This document shows, piece after piece, positions 62,276 to 64,000 of a stretch of 64,000 bases of DNA. This stretch comes from Lingula anatina (Eukaryota > Animalia > Brachiopoda): positions 26,974,848-27,038,847 of the forward strand of contig CM120643.1 of NCBI GenBank assembly GCA_051362555.1, given 5' to 3'. Below the pieces are notes generated by a model, which saw only the letters and a list, made by a program, of their open reading frames with translations, did not search any database and was not told the DNA's origin. How positions within the stretch are numbered: position 1 is the first letter of the stretch; every line of letters starts with the position of its first letter. The translations under genes and the position numbers were made by a program.

Positions 62276-64000
62276 CTGAATATAACATCCAAATATATGT
62301 AATTAATGAGAAGGCAAGTAAGCTTGCGAACACGATCAACTGCAAGTCACCCAAACCCTATATAGAGGTGTATTTCACATGCTGAAGTGTCACATGATGA
62401 AGTGTGGAGTTGTATTCAATTAGTTAAACATACATGTATTATAGAATAGAAGTTCTCGAGTGTGAATTTTAATTTTTTTTATTGAACAAATAAAAGACAA
62501 ACAAAGGAAGAGAACAATTTACAATATAAAGAGGTGGCACTGAGATGATAGTAATAAAAATAATAATCAACTAGAGGATCAGAGAATCGATACCGCCTCC
62601 GAGTATTGTACCTGTACCACCAGCTGGAGTAAGCGCATTTGTATGAAAAGCAAAGTGTGGTTTATGGCGAAAAGTCTGTCAAGGTCAAATTCAAGATCAC
62701 AGTAAGATTATAAATATGCAGGTACATTTAGGACTTCCTATTCAAGTTCAGTGGTAACTAATGGCATATCTCTAAATAATATACCTTCGTAAAATGTAGG
62801 ATAAATATCAAATTCAAGTTCACAAGTAATTATAGATGTATCTCTGCCGGTTTTGGAGATATAAATTTTTTTAAAAAATTGCAAAGTTGAGTTCATAGTG
62901 AAAAGAAGGTCCAAAGTCAAATTTCAGGTCTCAATCAGGCTGCAAATAGATGGGGGTATCTCTGACAGTTCTGGAGACAAAATGGTCAGAGATTTTGCAA
63001 AGATCAATTCGTTATGAAAAGTAGGACAAAGGTCAAATTCAAGGCACAGTCAGATTGCCAGTATATGACCCCTATTCAAGTTCAATAGTAACTATGGGCG
63101 TATCTCTGCTAATTTTGCAGTATTTCGCATTTTATTTTCACCACTGAATATTGCGACGTTGTACTTTTTTGATAAGGCGCAACTCTTTAACCGTATGGAA
63201 AAAAAACTTTCATTATTACGCTTGACAAGTTCTACAAAATGCAACAAACAAGAAGTCTTTACCCGGTAGAATTTACGGTTCCTGAGTTGCCAGTTTTGGT
63301 ATCTAATGGCTGCTCCCCCCATGATAATGCACCAATTGACCCCAAACTCACAAAGATTAATATGACCCTAAGTGTAACACCTGGCCATTATACAATAGTT
63401 AAGGTCTCTGTAGTTTCTGAAAATTGATGCAAAAATTTTTTTTTCAAATAAATCCCATTTTTAGAAAATTTTGGCCCGTTTGACCTTGAAATAAAGGTCT
63501 TAGGTAAAGGGCATTTTTGAAATATTCACATATGACTTTTGGTCAGTCATCTATAGTAATTTATCCTCATAATTCCTTCAGTTTGGGAGAAAACCCCAAA
63601 ATTTACGTGGATCGAGTTGAGATTATATGTGATCTACATCCAAGAGATGGTTACGCAGGCTTCTGTAGTCAGGGAGGAGAGACGGGTATGGACTAAAACT
63701 ATGTGTACCGCCAGCGCCTACGCTGGTGATACAGTAACAGATATAGAAGTAGCTTAATTGGAAATGGAGGAGTAGAACGTATATGCGTAGATAACAGTGC
63801 TTTTCCTAAGCTTGTTATCACTTAGCTTGATGATACACTTAAAGTAAAACACTATATTATAGTTATTTACAAAAGAGTAGTAGTTCAAACACACGTACTT
63901 GAAAGCTTTAAATACTGCCATATAACTACCTTTTACGTATCCAAAAAATAGTCTTAAACTAATCTCCGAAAAACACTGACTATTCACACCACTTTTGATC

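Larger units (their letters stand above)
50103..64000 (+). repeat. Segmental duplication copy 2 (of ~809-15350), direct orientation, ~49 kb offset
   Basis: Collinear near-identical sequence and paired ORFs (3009/52101, 4725/53827, 6514/55579, 12299/61362, 15106/63754). Runs off the window end. Confidence 0.97.

Overview
AT-rich, intron-rich animal genomic DNA. The gene and repeat repertoire looks like a marine invertebrate, probably a lophotrochozoan (inference). By hand-splicing GT-AG exons I reconstructed four genes. (A) The 3' part of a + strand type-I membrane protein with SEA-like, HYR, Sushi/CCP and GCC2/GCC3 ephrin-receptor-like modules (119-5111). (B) A complete 9-exon Tan-like peptidase C45 / Ntn-hydrolase on the - strand (5655-9607), largely invisible in the ORF track. 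(C) A 3-exon secreted somatomedin-B/mucin-repeat protein with a GPI-type tail on the - strand (12299-22904). (D) A 6-exon IFI44-like TLDc plus P-loop GTPase gene on the - strand (31714-45204), preceded by a duplicated ISRE/GAS/kB-like motif cluster. From ~50103 to the window end the sequence repeats ~809-15350. This looks like a ~49 kb tandem segmental duplication whose second copy has a 5'-truncated, decaying gene A, an apparently intact gene B and the 3' exons of gene C. Introns carry a 5'-truncated RTE LINE, solo-LTR-like inserts, CACTA-, Tc1/mariner- and Helentron(HINE)-like non-autonomous elements, foldback MITEs and a tRNA-derived SINE. All family assignments come from remembered motifs; no searches were run.
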